Shown: positions 1 to 7,750, numbered from the stretch's first letter. The stretch: DNA of 14,746 nt from Candidatus Helarchaeota archaeon (GCA_029838215.1 JALGVI010000083.1:1-14746); one strand, 5' to 3'. Numbers and translations are program-made. Notes: generated from the letters alone by a model not told the origin.

Positions 1-95
1 CTGCCACCCACCCTCATTCCAGTATAAGTTTTCCCATCATGTTCCTTGACATCATCATAAGTTAATTTTTTATTCTTGATTGCCAGACCATTCAC
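1..95 (-). CDS. 5' part of a conserved uncharacterised protein, runs off the left edge
   Basis: Manual minus-strand translation from 95: VNGLAIKNKKLTYDDVKEHDGKTYTGMRVGG, open to position 1; in-frame TAA upstream at 116-114. The YxDxKxxxGxxYTGMxVG pattern matches my recollection of a small uncharacterised prokaryotic family (unverified). Start uncertain: GTG at 95, or CTG at 86 behind the SD-like GGACGTGA. Confidence 0.55.
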   Translation of the reverse strand, partial: MNGLAIKNKKLTYDDVKEHDGKTYTGMRVGG

Positions 96-331
96 GTCCT
101 TTTCTAAAATGAATTAACAAGTAAATAACAACAAATTTTTCTCATTAAAATGGTTTAAGTTATTTGTCAGAATTTTTTCTGAGCTAAACCCGATACAAAA
201 TAAGTAGAGAGAAAGCTAAATCTATTTTTCAACCAGAATGGCATTTTCTAAAGCCGGTTTGAACCTAAAAACAAATTTTTTGAGTACGAAAAAAAAATTT
301 CCTAACATTTAAAAGGCTGAAGGCGAATTGA

Positions 332-424
332 ATTTTGAACATCCACAGGTGTAGTATGATGAGGAATTGCGTTCACGTTTAATGATTCTTTTTGCGAAGC
401 ACCGTTAGTGGATTTTCTCAAAAT
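332..424 (+). other. Long imperfect hairpin upstream of hisG (possible cis-regulatory leader or small RNA)
   Basis: Nested pairings: ATTTTGA 332-338/TCAAAAT 418-424, ATCCAC 341-346/GTGGAT 408-413, GGTGT 348-352/GCACC 399-403, AGGAAT 362-367/ATTCTT 385-390, CGTT 370-373/AATG 381-384. TATA-like TTTAAAAG at 308-315. Confidence 0.35.
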
Positions 425-428
425 CTGG

Positions 429-487
429 TTTTATATCATGATTTTTTCTAATTATATACCTGTATTTCGTGATTTAGTTACAAGGAG
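429..487 (+). promoter_or_regulatory. Candidate archaeal TATA boxes and Shine-Dalgarno of hisG
   Basis: TTTTATAT 429-436, TTATATA 452-458, and AAGGAG 482-487 located 9 nt before the ATG at 497. Confidence 0.5.
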
Positions 488-496
488 AAAAATAAA

Positions 497-1462
497 ATGA
501 ATATTTTACGATTTACAATTCCAAAAGGATCGTTGGGTAAGGCAACAAAGCAGATTCTTAAAGAAGCAGGACTAGGTCTTCGGGGAAGTGATAGATCTTA
601 TCGTCCCAAAATAATAGATGCTGAAATCGAGATCAAGATCTTACGTCCTCAAGAGATTCCCACGATGATTGCACAAGGTGCGCACGACCTCGGAATTTCA
701 GGAAATGATTGGGTGGACGAGACCTCCGCCAACGTGGAAAATATTCTTGACTTGGAATATGGTGGAATTAAGTTGGTCTTGGCGGTTCCCAATATTTGGG
801 ATGAAGTGCAAGATCTTGCATCTTTAATTAAGTTCTGTGCAAGTAGAAATAAACCACTCAGGATCTTTACAGAATATATCGCTACAACCATTGAATACTT
901 GAAGAAAAATCCCGAATATGCACGCCTTTATGGGGATGATGATCCTCTCGTGTTAACACCCTGGTCGCGGACGGGAAATAATTCAAATGTATGCATCATG
1001 CTTTCCTTTGGTGCAACAGAAGCAAAACCACCCGAAGATGCAGAAGCTATTATTGATGTAACTGAAACAGGCACGACGCTTGAAGAAAATAATCTGAAAA
1101 TCATTGACGTGATTAAAACTTCAACGGCACACCTACTTGCAAATAAAGAAGCAATGCAAGACTCGTGGAAACGCGAGAAAATCGAAGACATAAAGATGCT
1201 CTTGCGTGGGGTTGTTGAAGCGCGTAATAAACTCCATGTTTTCATGAATGTTCAAAGGAGCAATTTAAAAATATTATTAGAAAAATTACCCGCATTAAAA
1301 CGACCAACGATCTCGCCACTTTATGGTGATGACGATTGGGTCGCCATAAATACCATAATTCCGAAAAAGGACTTCATCAGTCTAATTCCCACGTTAAGAA
1401 GATATGCTCAAGGCATTGTTGTATATGAACCACGACAAATTCTTCCTTTCGATTCCTCATGA
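497..1462 (+). CDS. hisG: ATP phosphoribosyltransferase, long form with C-terminal regulatory domain
   Basis: IPKGSL N-terminal motif, LRPQEIP, DLGISGxDW, LDLEYG, SFGATEAKP, AIIDVTETGTTLEENNL, C-terminal LPALKRPTISPL domain. Heads the his cluster. Confidence 0.97.
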   Translation: MNILRFTIPKGSLGKATKQILKEAGLGLRGSDRSYRPKIIDAEIEIKILRPQEIPTMIAQGAHDLGISGNDWVDETSANVENILDLEYGGIKLVLAVPNIWDEVQDLASLIKFCASRNKPLRIFTEYIATTIEYLKKNPEYARLYGDDDPLVLTPWSRTGNNSNVCIMLSFGATEAKPPEDAEAIIDVTETGTTLEENNLKIIDVIKTSTAHLLANKEAMQDSWKREKIEDIKMLLRGVVEARNKLHVFMNVQRSNLKILLEKLPALKRPTISPLYGDDDWVAINTIIPKKDFISLIPTLRRYAQGIVVYEPRQILPFDSS

Positions 1463-1474
1463 TTGACGAGACGA

Positions 1475-2764
1475 ATGAAAATGATGAGAATTCTTACAGA
1501 AAATGAATTTCGCACGAAATATCTTGATGAGATTAGAAAACGCTCCACGTTACAGTTTGACGAGATTGTCGAAAGCGTGAAATCCATCATATCCTCTGTA
1601 AAAGAACGAGGCAATGCAGCTGTTCAAGAATTCACGCTAAAATTTGATAATGTTGAAATTCATGATTTGAAAGTCTCACGTGAAGAAATTCAACAAGCCT
1701 ATGAAACCGTTGATGACGATTTCATAAATGCAATAAAAATGGCAGGAACTAACATAAAAAAGTTCCACGAAGCTCAAATGCCAAAAGAATTATGCGTTGA
1801 GACACAGGAAGGAGTTCAAGTAACACGGATAATTCGACCGATTGAATCCGTTGGTTTATACGTGCCTGGAGGACGCGCATCATATCCTTCAAGCGTGTTG
1901 ATGGTGGCCATTCCAGCTCTAGTTGCGAAAGTTCCAACAAGAATTCTTTGCACGCCTCCAAGTAAAAATGGCATTGATCCACGTGTTTTAGTTGCAGCCG
2001 CAGAATCGAAGGTAACAGAGATTTTCAAAGTTGGAGGAGTACAAGCCATTGCAGCGTTGGCTCACGGCACGGAATCCATTCCAAAAGTTCAAAAAATCGT
2101 GGGTCCGGGTAATAAGTTCGTTACGGTTGCAAAAACATTGCTTCAGTCAGAAGTAGGCATTGATTTGCCCGCAGGTCCAAGTGAGATATTAATACTTGCA
2201 GATGAATCAAGCAATTCAAACTTTATTGCATTGGACTTGTTATCTCAAGCAGAACATGACCCAAATGCAATGTGCTTCCTCATTTCAACTTCAGATAAAG
2301 TCGCGGCCTCGACCATTCAGGTACTTGAAAATAGATTTGATCAATTCGAACGAAAGGAAATCATCCAAGAAGTGCTCGAAAATAATCTATTCATTATTAC
2401 CACGAAAAATATTGAAAGTGCAGTGCAATTAACCAATGAAATTGCACCAGAACATCTCGAGATTCAGACTGGTGAACCAGAATCAATATTGCCGAAGATA
2501 AAGAATGCAGGAGCGATCTTTCTCGGTCCGTTTTCACCCGTGGCTGTTGGCGATTATTCCGCAGGTTCAAATCACGTATTACCCACGGGAGGCACGGCAC
2601 GGTTCTTTTCGGGATTAAACGTGTTCGATTTTCTAAAGCAAATAGAAGTCGTCAAGTGTACCAAGGAAGGATTAAAAAAACTCGAAAAAACAACGGTAAC
2701 CATTGCCGAAAAAGAAGGATTAACAGCCCATGCACGATCCGTAACGGAGAGATTCATGAAATGA
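1475..2764 (+). CDS. hisD: Histidinol dehydrogenase
   Basis: VGLYVPGG, YPSSVLM, GGVQAIAALAHGTESI, KIVGPGN, IDLPAGPSE, DLLSQAEHD, IAPEHLE, GDYSAGSNHVLPT. Start could be TTG 1463, ATG 1475 or ATG 1481. Confidence 0.97.
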   Translation: MKMMRILTENEFRTKYLDEIRKRSTLQFDEIVESVKSIISSVKERGNAAVQEFTLKFDNVEIHDLKVSREEIQQAYETVDDDFINAIKMAGTNIKKFHEAQMPKELCVETQEGVQVTRIIRPIESVGLYVPGGRASYPSSVLMVAIPALVAKVPTRILCTPPSKNGIDPRVLVAAAESKVTEIFKVGGVQAIAALAHGTESIPKVQKIVGPGNKFVTVAKTLLQSEVGIDLPAGPSEILILADESSNSNFIALDLLSQAEHDPNAMCFLISTSDKVAASTIQVLENRFDQFERKEIIQEVLENNLFIITTKNIESAVQLTNEIAPEHLEIQTGEPESILPKIKNAGAIFLGPFSPVAVGDYSAGSNHVLPTGGTARFFSGLNVFDFLKQIEVVKCTKEGLKKLEKTTVTIAEKEGLTAHARSVTERFMK

Positions 2765-3879
2765 ACCCACGAAAATTACTAAGCAAGAACCTTAAGGAAT
2801 TCAAGCCCTATACGGCAGGAGCATCCCTTCCTGATATAGCTCGGAAGCTCAACATCACGATTGATGAAATCGTGAAGCTAGATGCCAATGAAAATTTTCT
2901 TATAGATAAAAAATGGTTACGAACAAAGTTCATTGAAGCAGTAAACCGAACTCCTGTCATTATATACCCCGATAAATATGCAATTGACGCGCGTGAAGCC
3001 CTTGCCCGAAATCTAAAGTTTGATCCCGACAATCTATTGATCGGAAATGGCTCTGATGACCTGTTGCTGACGCTATATCATTCATTCACGGATACTCAAA
3101 GTCAGGTTTTAACCATCCATCCAACGTTCTCAATGTATAAATGGTTCGCAAATATAATGGGATGTGAATACATCGAAATACCCTTGAAACGAAATGATTT
3201 TAGTCTTGATATCGAAAAAATTCTCAGCACGGTTACAAAACGAACCAAATTGATAATCATACCCTCACCAAATAACCCGACGGGTAACCAATTTCCACGT
3301 GATCAACTCCTAAAAATCATTAAAGAGACTGAAAGTCTGGTGGTCATAGATGAGGCTTATACTGACTTTTCGGGTGGTTCATTATTGGACCAAGTCCCAT
3401 CAAACCCGAATTTAATCATTCTTAAAACATTCTCGAAACTGTGGGGACTCGCAGGATTGAGATTGGGCTATGCCGTGGCAAGCAAAGAAGTCATTAACAT
3501 TTTAAGAGTCGTACAAGTTCCTTTCACCACGAATGTGGTATCACAAGCATTAGTTCCATTGATGCTTGAAGAGCAAGAATATATTTCCAGCGTAGTTACA
3601 AGGGTAATCGAAGAAAGGGAATGGCTAGAAGAACAACTTTCAGAACTACCTAACATAAAAGTGTATCCTTCTAACGCGAACTTCCTGCTAATTGAGGTTC
3701 GTTCAGGAAACGTGAAAATAACTGAAATCATCGAAGGGTTATTCGAGCAAGGAATACTCATTAGAGACCAGTCAAAATTGAAAGGACTGGAAAATTGTGC
3801 AAGGATAACCGTTGGAACGCGTGAAATGAATGAAAAACTAATCAAGGGACTTAAAAAATTTTTAAGAATCAAGAATTGA
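2761..3879 (+). CDS. hisC: Histidinol-phosphate aminotransferase (PLP-dependent)
   Basis: KLDANEN, IGNGSDDLL, SPNNPTG, VIDEAY, KTFSKLWGLAGLRLGY (PLP lysine), RITVGT. ATG 2761 overlaps the hisD stop (ATGA), so the track start at 2656 is too long. Confidence 0.95.
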   Translation: MNPRKLLSKNLKEFKPYTAGASLPDIARKLNITIDEIVKLDANENFLIDKKWLRTKFIEAVNRTPVIIYPDKYAIDAREALARNLKFDPDNLLIGNGSDDLLLTLYHSFTDTQSQVLTIHPTFSMYKWFANIMGCEYIEIPLKRNDFSLDIEKILSTVTKRTKLIIIPSPNNPTGNQFPRDQLLKIIKETESLVVIDEAYTDFSGGSLLDQVPSNPNLIILKTFSKLWGLAGLRLGYAVASKEVINILRVVQVPFTTNVVSQALVPLMLEEQEYISSVVTRVIEEREWLEEQLSELPNIKVYPSNANFLLIEVRSGNVKITEIIEGLFEQGILIRDQSKLKGLENCARITVGTREMNEKLIKGLKKFLRIKN

Positions 3880-3935
3880 TTACAATTTATAAGATTTGAA
3901 TGTGAAACTGAAAAATTGTCGAAGGGGATTTAAAA

Positions 3936-4532
3936 ATGCAACGAATTGGTAAAGCTGAAAGAAAAACGAAAGAAACGGACATTGAAATCACCGTCAATTT
4001 AGATGGAACAGGCAATTTCAAGCAGGATGTCCACGATATAGGTGGAGGTACAAAATTCATTCTTCACATGCTTGATAACTTCGCCCGACATTCTCTTATT
4101 GACATTGAAATAAAAGCAACAGCAGATTTGCCACATCACCTAATTGAAGACATGGGTATCGTTTTAGGTGAAGCCTTCAACAAGGCATTGGGTGATAAAA
4201 AAGGCATCAACAGGTTCGGCTGGGCATTGGTCCCCATGGATGATGTCCTCTGTCGCGTGGCACTTGACCTCAGCGGACGTATTTATTCTAACGTCGAACT
4301 TCAAGTCTTGGGTGAAACAATCGAAGACCTCCCATTATCACTGCTAAATCACTTCATAGAATCATTAATCAATCAAATGAAAATCAACATGCACGGTCAT
4401 GTCCTATATGGAGATGACAATCACCACAAGGTTGAATGCTTCTTCAAGGCACTTGCCCTGGCAATGAAATGGGCAGTCACGTTTGATCCGAGAAAAGCAA
4501 ACATGATTCCAAGCACCAAAGGTAGTCTCTAA
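3936..4532 (+). CDS. hisB: Imidazoleglycerol-phosphate dehydratase (monofunctional)
   Basis: RKTKETDI, HML, HHLIEDMGIVLGEA, VPMDD, NHHKVECFFKA metal-binding motifs. No N-terminal phosphatase domain. GAAGGGG SD-like at 3921-3927. Confidence 0.96.
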   Translation: MQRIGKAERKTKETDIEITVNLDGTGNFKQDVHDIGGGTKFILHMLDNFARHSLIDIEIKATADLPHHLIEDMGIVLGEAFNKALGDKKGINRFGWALVPMDDVLCRVALDLSGRIYSNVELQVLGETIEDLPLSLLNHFIESLINQMKINMHGHVLYGDDNHHKVECFFKALALAMKWAVTFDPRKANMIPSTKGSL

Positions 4533-5161
4533 TGCAAGTAAGAATAATCGATTACGGCATGGGAAATCTACGAAGCATCGGCAAGGCATGCGAGAAATTC
4601 GTGCCCGATGTCAAGATCATAAATTTCAAAAACCCGAATATTAAGTCATTAATAAAAACGGCTGATGTCCTAATTTTACCAGGGGTTGGGGCATTCCGCG
4701 ATGCCATTGCAAATCTTAAACCAATAGCGGAAAACATCGTTTCATATGCACGCGATGGCGGATATCTGCTGGGCATCTGCCTTGGATTCCAACTCTTTTT
4801 CTCGGAAAGTGAAGAAGGAGGACTTTACGAAGGACTGAACATATTCGAAGGTCGAGTGGTGCGCTTTCCCAATACGGTCAAGGTCGTTCCGCATATGGGC
4901 TGGAATACGCTTGAATATTATCGAAAGAGTGATCCAATGTTTGAAAACGTTCCGGAACACTCATACGTTTACTTCGTGCACTCCTACTATGCAAAACCCA
5001 AAGATAATAACATCATCATCACGCAAACAGATTACGAAGGCGTGAAATTTGCATCCACCGTGGGAAAAAACACGGTATACGCAACGCAATACCATCCGGA
5101 GAAATCCAGTAAAATCGGCTTGCAAATCTTGCAAAACTTCTTGAATTCATGTAGAAAATAG
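4532..5161 (+). CDS. hisH: Imidazole glycerol phosphate synthase, glutamine amidotransferase subunit
   Basis: IIDYGMGNL, LPGVGAF, GICLGFQ (nucleophile Cys), VPHMGWN, YFVHSY, QYHPEKS (His-Glu of the triad). TAATG overlap with hisB. Confidence 0.97.
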   Translation: MQVRIIDYGMGNLRSIGKACEKFVPDVKIINFKNPNIKSLIKTADVLILPGVGAFRDAIANLKPIAENIVSYARDGGYLLGICLGFQLFFSESEEGGLYEGLNIFEGRVVRFPNTVKVVPHMGWNTLEYYRKSDPMFENVPEHSYVYFVHSYYAKPKDNNIIITQTDYEGVKFASTVGKNTVYATQYHPEKSSKIGLQILQNFLNSCRK

Positions 5162-5225
5162 AAACGAATACTTGAACAGTAATAAAACAACGTCAAACGG
5201 ATTTCACGCCTTCACGTAAGGAGAG

Positions 5226-5546
5226 CTAAGAGATTATCATGTTCTTCTCTAAAGCATCTATTAAAAGAGAAGACTTATCTTTCATTCGATGAAATTCATC
5301 TGGCGTGTAACAAATAATATCAACGTGTTTTGGAAAATTGATTAATTTCAGTACCATGGACATTCTTAACACGAAGGGAATTCCCTTGAATTCATCAGAT
5401 ATGATGATGACATCAATATCGGAACCTTCCATTGCTTCACCTTTAACTCGAGACCCAAAAAGGATTATCTTATCTGGTTTCAATCGCTTTTTAATTATTG
5501 GGAGCGCTTCTGCCTTGAACTTCTTGATCCATGGATCATTCGTCAT
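5226..5546 (-). CDS. Minimal nucleotidyltransferase (MNT), antitoxin partner of HEPN
   Basis: IILFGSRVKG...GSDIDVIIIS (GS-x10-DxD) with later VDII, 106 aa; overlaps the HEPN gene by 11 nt. Confidence 0.9.
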   Translation of the reverse strand: MTNDPWIKKFKAEALPIIKKRLKPDKIILFGSRVKGEAMEGSDIDVIIISDEFKGIPFVLRMSMVLKLINFPKHVDIICYTPDEFHRMKDKSSLLIDALEKNMIIS

Positions 5547-5940
5547 CTTTTTCTTTCAACTCTGCATAATATTTTTCTAAATTCTTAAAAATACTCTTTG
5601 CGTGTTTCAATTTTGCCTTTACGATTTCCTCATCATACTCCTCATAGGGGACATGTTCCGCAATATCTGGATATCTAGCAAACATGTAATCAGGAACGAA
5701 ATCCATTAAATCTTGAAGCATGCTTTCAGGTAAATGTAAAATTCGCCCTAACTCATCTAAATAATGGATTTTGGGTATTTTCATTCCTCTTAAAGCTATT
5801 ATGGACTTAAGTAGTTTCTCAACGGCTTGATGAATTAGAAATGCAGCAATATCATAGCCTTCAATAGTTATATTTTTCTCCGCCATCTCTAAATCGTGAA
5901 CTGCTTGTTTAAACCATTTCACTGCTACATCCTTATTCAT
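5536..5940 (-). CDS. HEPN-domain protein (MNT-associated toxin)
   Basis: W..QA..DL..A, AAFLIHQAVEKLLKS, IPKIHYLDEL and ARYP are typical of MNT-linked HEPN proteins. ATG 5940 sits behind GAAGGAC, which makes it more likely than TTG 5955. Confidence 0.88.
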   Translation of the reverse strand: MNKDVAVKWFKQAVHDLEMAEKNITIEGYDIAAFLIHQAVEKLLKSIIALRGMKIPKIHYLDELGRILHLPESMLQDLMDFVPDYMFARYPDIAEHVPYEEYDEEIVKAKLKHAKSIFKNLEKYYAELKEKDDE

Positions 5941-6151
5941 GTTTTTGTCCTTCAAATAACTCTTGGAAATCCGTTAAAAGAATAGATGATCAATGAAGAT
6001 TATAATTTAATCGGGATCGCGACCATCCTCATTTCACATACAACTACTTCGGAATCACAAGGAATTGAAAAATTCTCTTGAATATTTAAAAAAATTTAAA
6101 ACAGCAGTTGAAAAGGGAGTAATCACTTTAGATTTGATATGATTTTTAAAT

Positions 6152-6174
6152 AAGAAAAGAAAAAAAAAGAGAGA
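6152..6174 (-). terminator. Oligo-T archaeal terminator candidate
   Basis: Minus strand reads TCTCTC-T9-CTTTTCTT directly after the stop codon at 6175. Confidence 0.55.
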
Positions 6175-6699
6175 TTATAATTCTTTTCCGCACTTGCTGC
6201 AGAATTGGGCATCTTCAGTTTCAAGATATCCGCAGTTGCGGCATCGAATCCTGATTGTCGAATCTTCAGAAGAAGAATCAAGGTCGTCAGAATCTTCAAA
6301 ACCCTTGCGGAAACCTTTTGCCTGAGCTTTCGCAATCGTTTCAACTGCTGGTGCTTGAGCTTTGGCAATCCTTACCTGCATCGGTGCGATTTCTTCGGCT
6401 ATTTCAGCCGATTCCTTAGCAAGTGTTTTTGCAATCTTCTTTCTATAACCAATTATCAAAAAAAGAACCGCCGCAATAATACACACAAAACCGGGAACGG
6501 CAAGCAAAGAACCCACCATCATCATGCTCATTCCTGATGAAGCTAACTGTGAAATTTGTTGAATTGGTAAAAAAGGATTACCAAATGCTTGCATGAATAA
6601 TAAATACCCAACGACTCCGAAAATACCACCCACGATTAGTAAAATTATTCCAACAACCATGGGAATTACTAAAATCGTTTTACTTGAAACCACCTGCAA
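6175..6699 (-). CDS. Two-TM membrane protein with C-terminal Cys4 zinc ribbon
   Basis: Two hydrophobic stretches (about aa 9-36 and 61-84), Ala/Lys amphipathic helix, acidic Ser/Asp linker, CRNCG-x8-FCSKCG. AAGGAGG at 6710-6704; start TTG 6699 or GTG 6693. Confidence 0.8.
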   Translation of the reverse strand: MQVVSSKTILVIPMVVGIILLIVGGIFGVVGYLLFMQAFGNPFLPIQQISQLASSGMSMMMVGSLLAVPGFVCIIAAVLFLIIGYRKKIAKTLAKESAEIAEEIAPMQVRIAKAQAPAVETIAKAQAKGFRKGFEDSDDLDSSSEDSTIRIRCRNCGYLETEDAQFCSKCGKEL

Positions 6700-6730
6700 T
6701 CGTCCTCCTTATCCTTAATTTAAATTAGAG

Positions 6731-6888
6731 AAAGCTTTTCGCATGATCTCATGCAGATTTCATGAGTTATTATGATGTAGCTAACTTGTTGTTAGCTTAT
6801 AATCTTATGCTTTAATGCAGGGAATTGAGCAAGGGTTTCACACGTAGTGGAGACATTAAATAATCGATGAATATTAGCAAAATTGCTA
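6731..6888. promoter_or_regulatory. Cluster of short inverted repeats upstream of the zinc-ribbon membrane gene
   Basis: AAAGCTTT 6731-6738; GCATGA-TC-TCATGC 6741-6754; CTCATG-N7-CATGAG 6748-6766; AGCTAAC-N5-GTTAGCT 6779-6797; TAGCAA-AA-TTGCTA 6875-6888. Confidence 0.35.
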
Positions 6889-6953
6889 GAGAGATGATTT
6901 TTAATAAAAAAATCATGGAAAAAAGAAGAGGAAAACTCGTGTCAATATCTAAA

Positions 6954-7685
6954 CTATCCGTTGGGTTTAACTATTTCGTTTCTTTTCGCCGTGAGCAATT
7001 TTTGGTTTTTTAGCAAGAACTTATGACCGAAACCTTTAAGATCGGCAAGTGGACCATCGACTCCTTTGGGATTTCCTGTTTTTGTGTATACGATTTTTGA
7101 TGCTTTAATTGCAGCATGCACGCCTTCAATTGACTTGAAATGTTCGATGAGCAACCTTGCCTTTTTAGGTCCAATATCAAAAAGTCCTTCAACGTAATAT
7201 TGTTGTCTTTCTTCGAGAGTCATTCGTTTTGGGGATGAGCGTGCGAGTATTAGCGGTTGTTCTTCTCTATTTGCCCGTAAGACGATTCTCGTGATGGCAA
7301 TTACGGTATCTTCAATGTTAATGGTTGGGATGATGGGAATCCGGTTCACTTGCGCAACGTGAGTGATGATACCATAAATGGACTGAGGGAGCATTTGTGA
7401 TTTAAAAGCGGATTTCAGGTTTTCAATGATGACGAGTGGTTCTTCATATGCTTCAGAGAGACGCATTAATTGCTCGAAGATATTTCTCGATGGACCTGTT
7501 ACGGACTGGACGAGATCCCTCCCTGTCTTGCGTTCGATTGCAATCTTATCCGAAATCACGTAATCCCCCACTTCAAGTTGTTGCACCACCACGTCCAAAT
7601 TTTCGTTTTTTCGTAGCAACTTGACGATTTTAGCGGGTTCTCGTTGGTCCACCAGTATTCGGAATTTTTGATTTGAGTCCACCAT
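6954..7685 (-). CDS. xpf: Stand-alone XPF/ERCC4-family structure-specific endonuclease with HhH2 domain
   Basis: ILVDQRE, LEVGDYVI, IAIERKT..D (ERKxxxD), GLFDIGPKKA and LKGFGHK HhH motifs. No helicase domain. Confidence 0.9.
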   Translation of the reverse strand: MVDSNQKFRILVDQREPAKIVKLLRKNENLDVVVQQLEVGDYVISDKIAIERKTGRDLVQSVTGPSRNIFEQLMRLSEAYEEPLVIIENLKSAFKSQMLPQSIYGIITHVAQVNRIPIIPTINIEDTVIAITRIVLRANREEQPLILARSSPKRMTLEERQQYYVEGLFDIGPKKARLLIEHFKSIEGVHAAIKASKIVYTKTGNPKGVDGPLADLKGFGHKFLLKNQKLLTAKRNEIVKPNG

Positions 7686-7750
7686 CTTGCTTCACAGAAC
7701 TTTAGCAAGAAATTTCTTATAAATAAAGAGATGCTAAATTCTTCAGAGCG
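7686..7750. promoter_or_regulatory. Compact bidirectional promoter between xpf and the DsbA-like gene
   Basis: 65-bp spacer with central CTTATAAATAAAG readable as a TATA box on both strands, each about 27-30 nt from an ATG with no SD. Perfect palindrome AAGAAATTTCTT 7707-7718. TTTAGCA 7701-7707 / TGCTAAA 7732-7738. Confidence 0.55.

Noticed and set aside
356-398. His-codon attenuator peptide, C/D-box sRNA, SECIS or fluoride riboswitch in the hisG leader
   Set aside because: The uORF has only one His. There is no CTGA box D downstream of ATGATGA. There is no upstream selenoprotein gene or apical AAR loop on +. The P1 stem and AAAC linker of the fluoride motif are missing.
2656-2760. N-terminal extension of hisC given in the ORF track
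   Set aside because: It overlaps the hisD 3' end by over 100 nt; the ATGA-coupled start at 2761 fits the homologous length.
649-4960. Antisense and alternate-frame ORFs inside the his genes (649-891, 928-1245, 1408-1614, 1749-2049, 2196-2757, 2808-3032, 3468-3872, 4404-4960)
   Set aside because: They overlap confidently identified his genes and show no motifs; these are shadow ORFs.
5993-6010. ATG AAG ATT ATA ATT TAA (MKIII*) as a hisA start remnant beyond the TA module
   Set aside because: Only five codons; no IPAIDL-like continuation in any frame.
5338-7624. ORFs 5338-5580(+), 6123-6368(-), 6205-6537(+), 7010-7192(-), 7436-7624(+)
   Set aside because: They overlap better-supported genes in other frames or strands and have no recognisable motifs.
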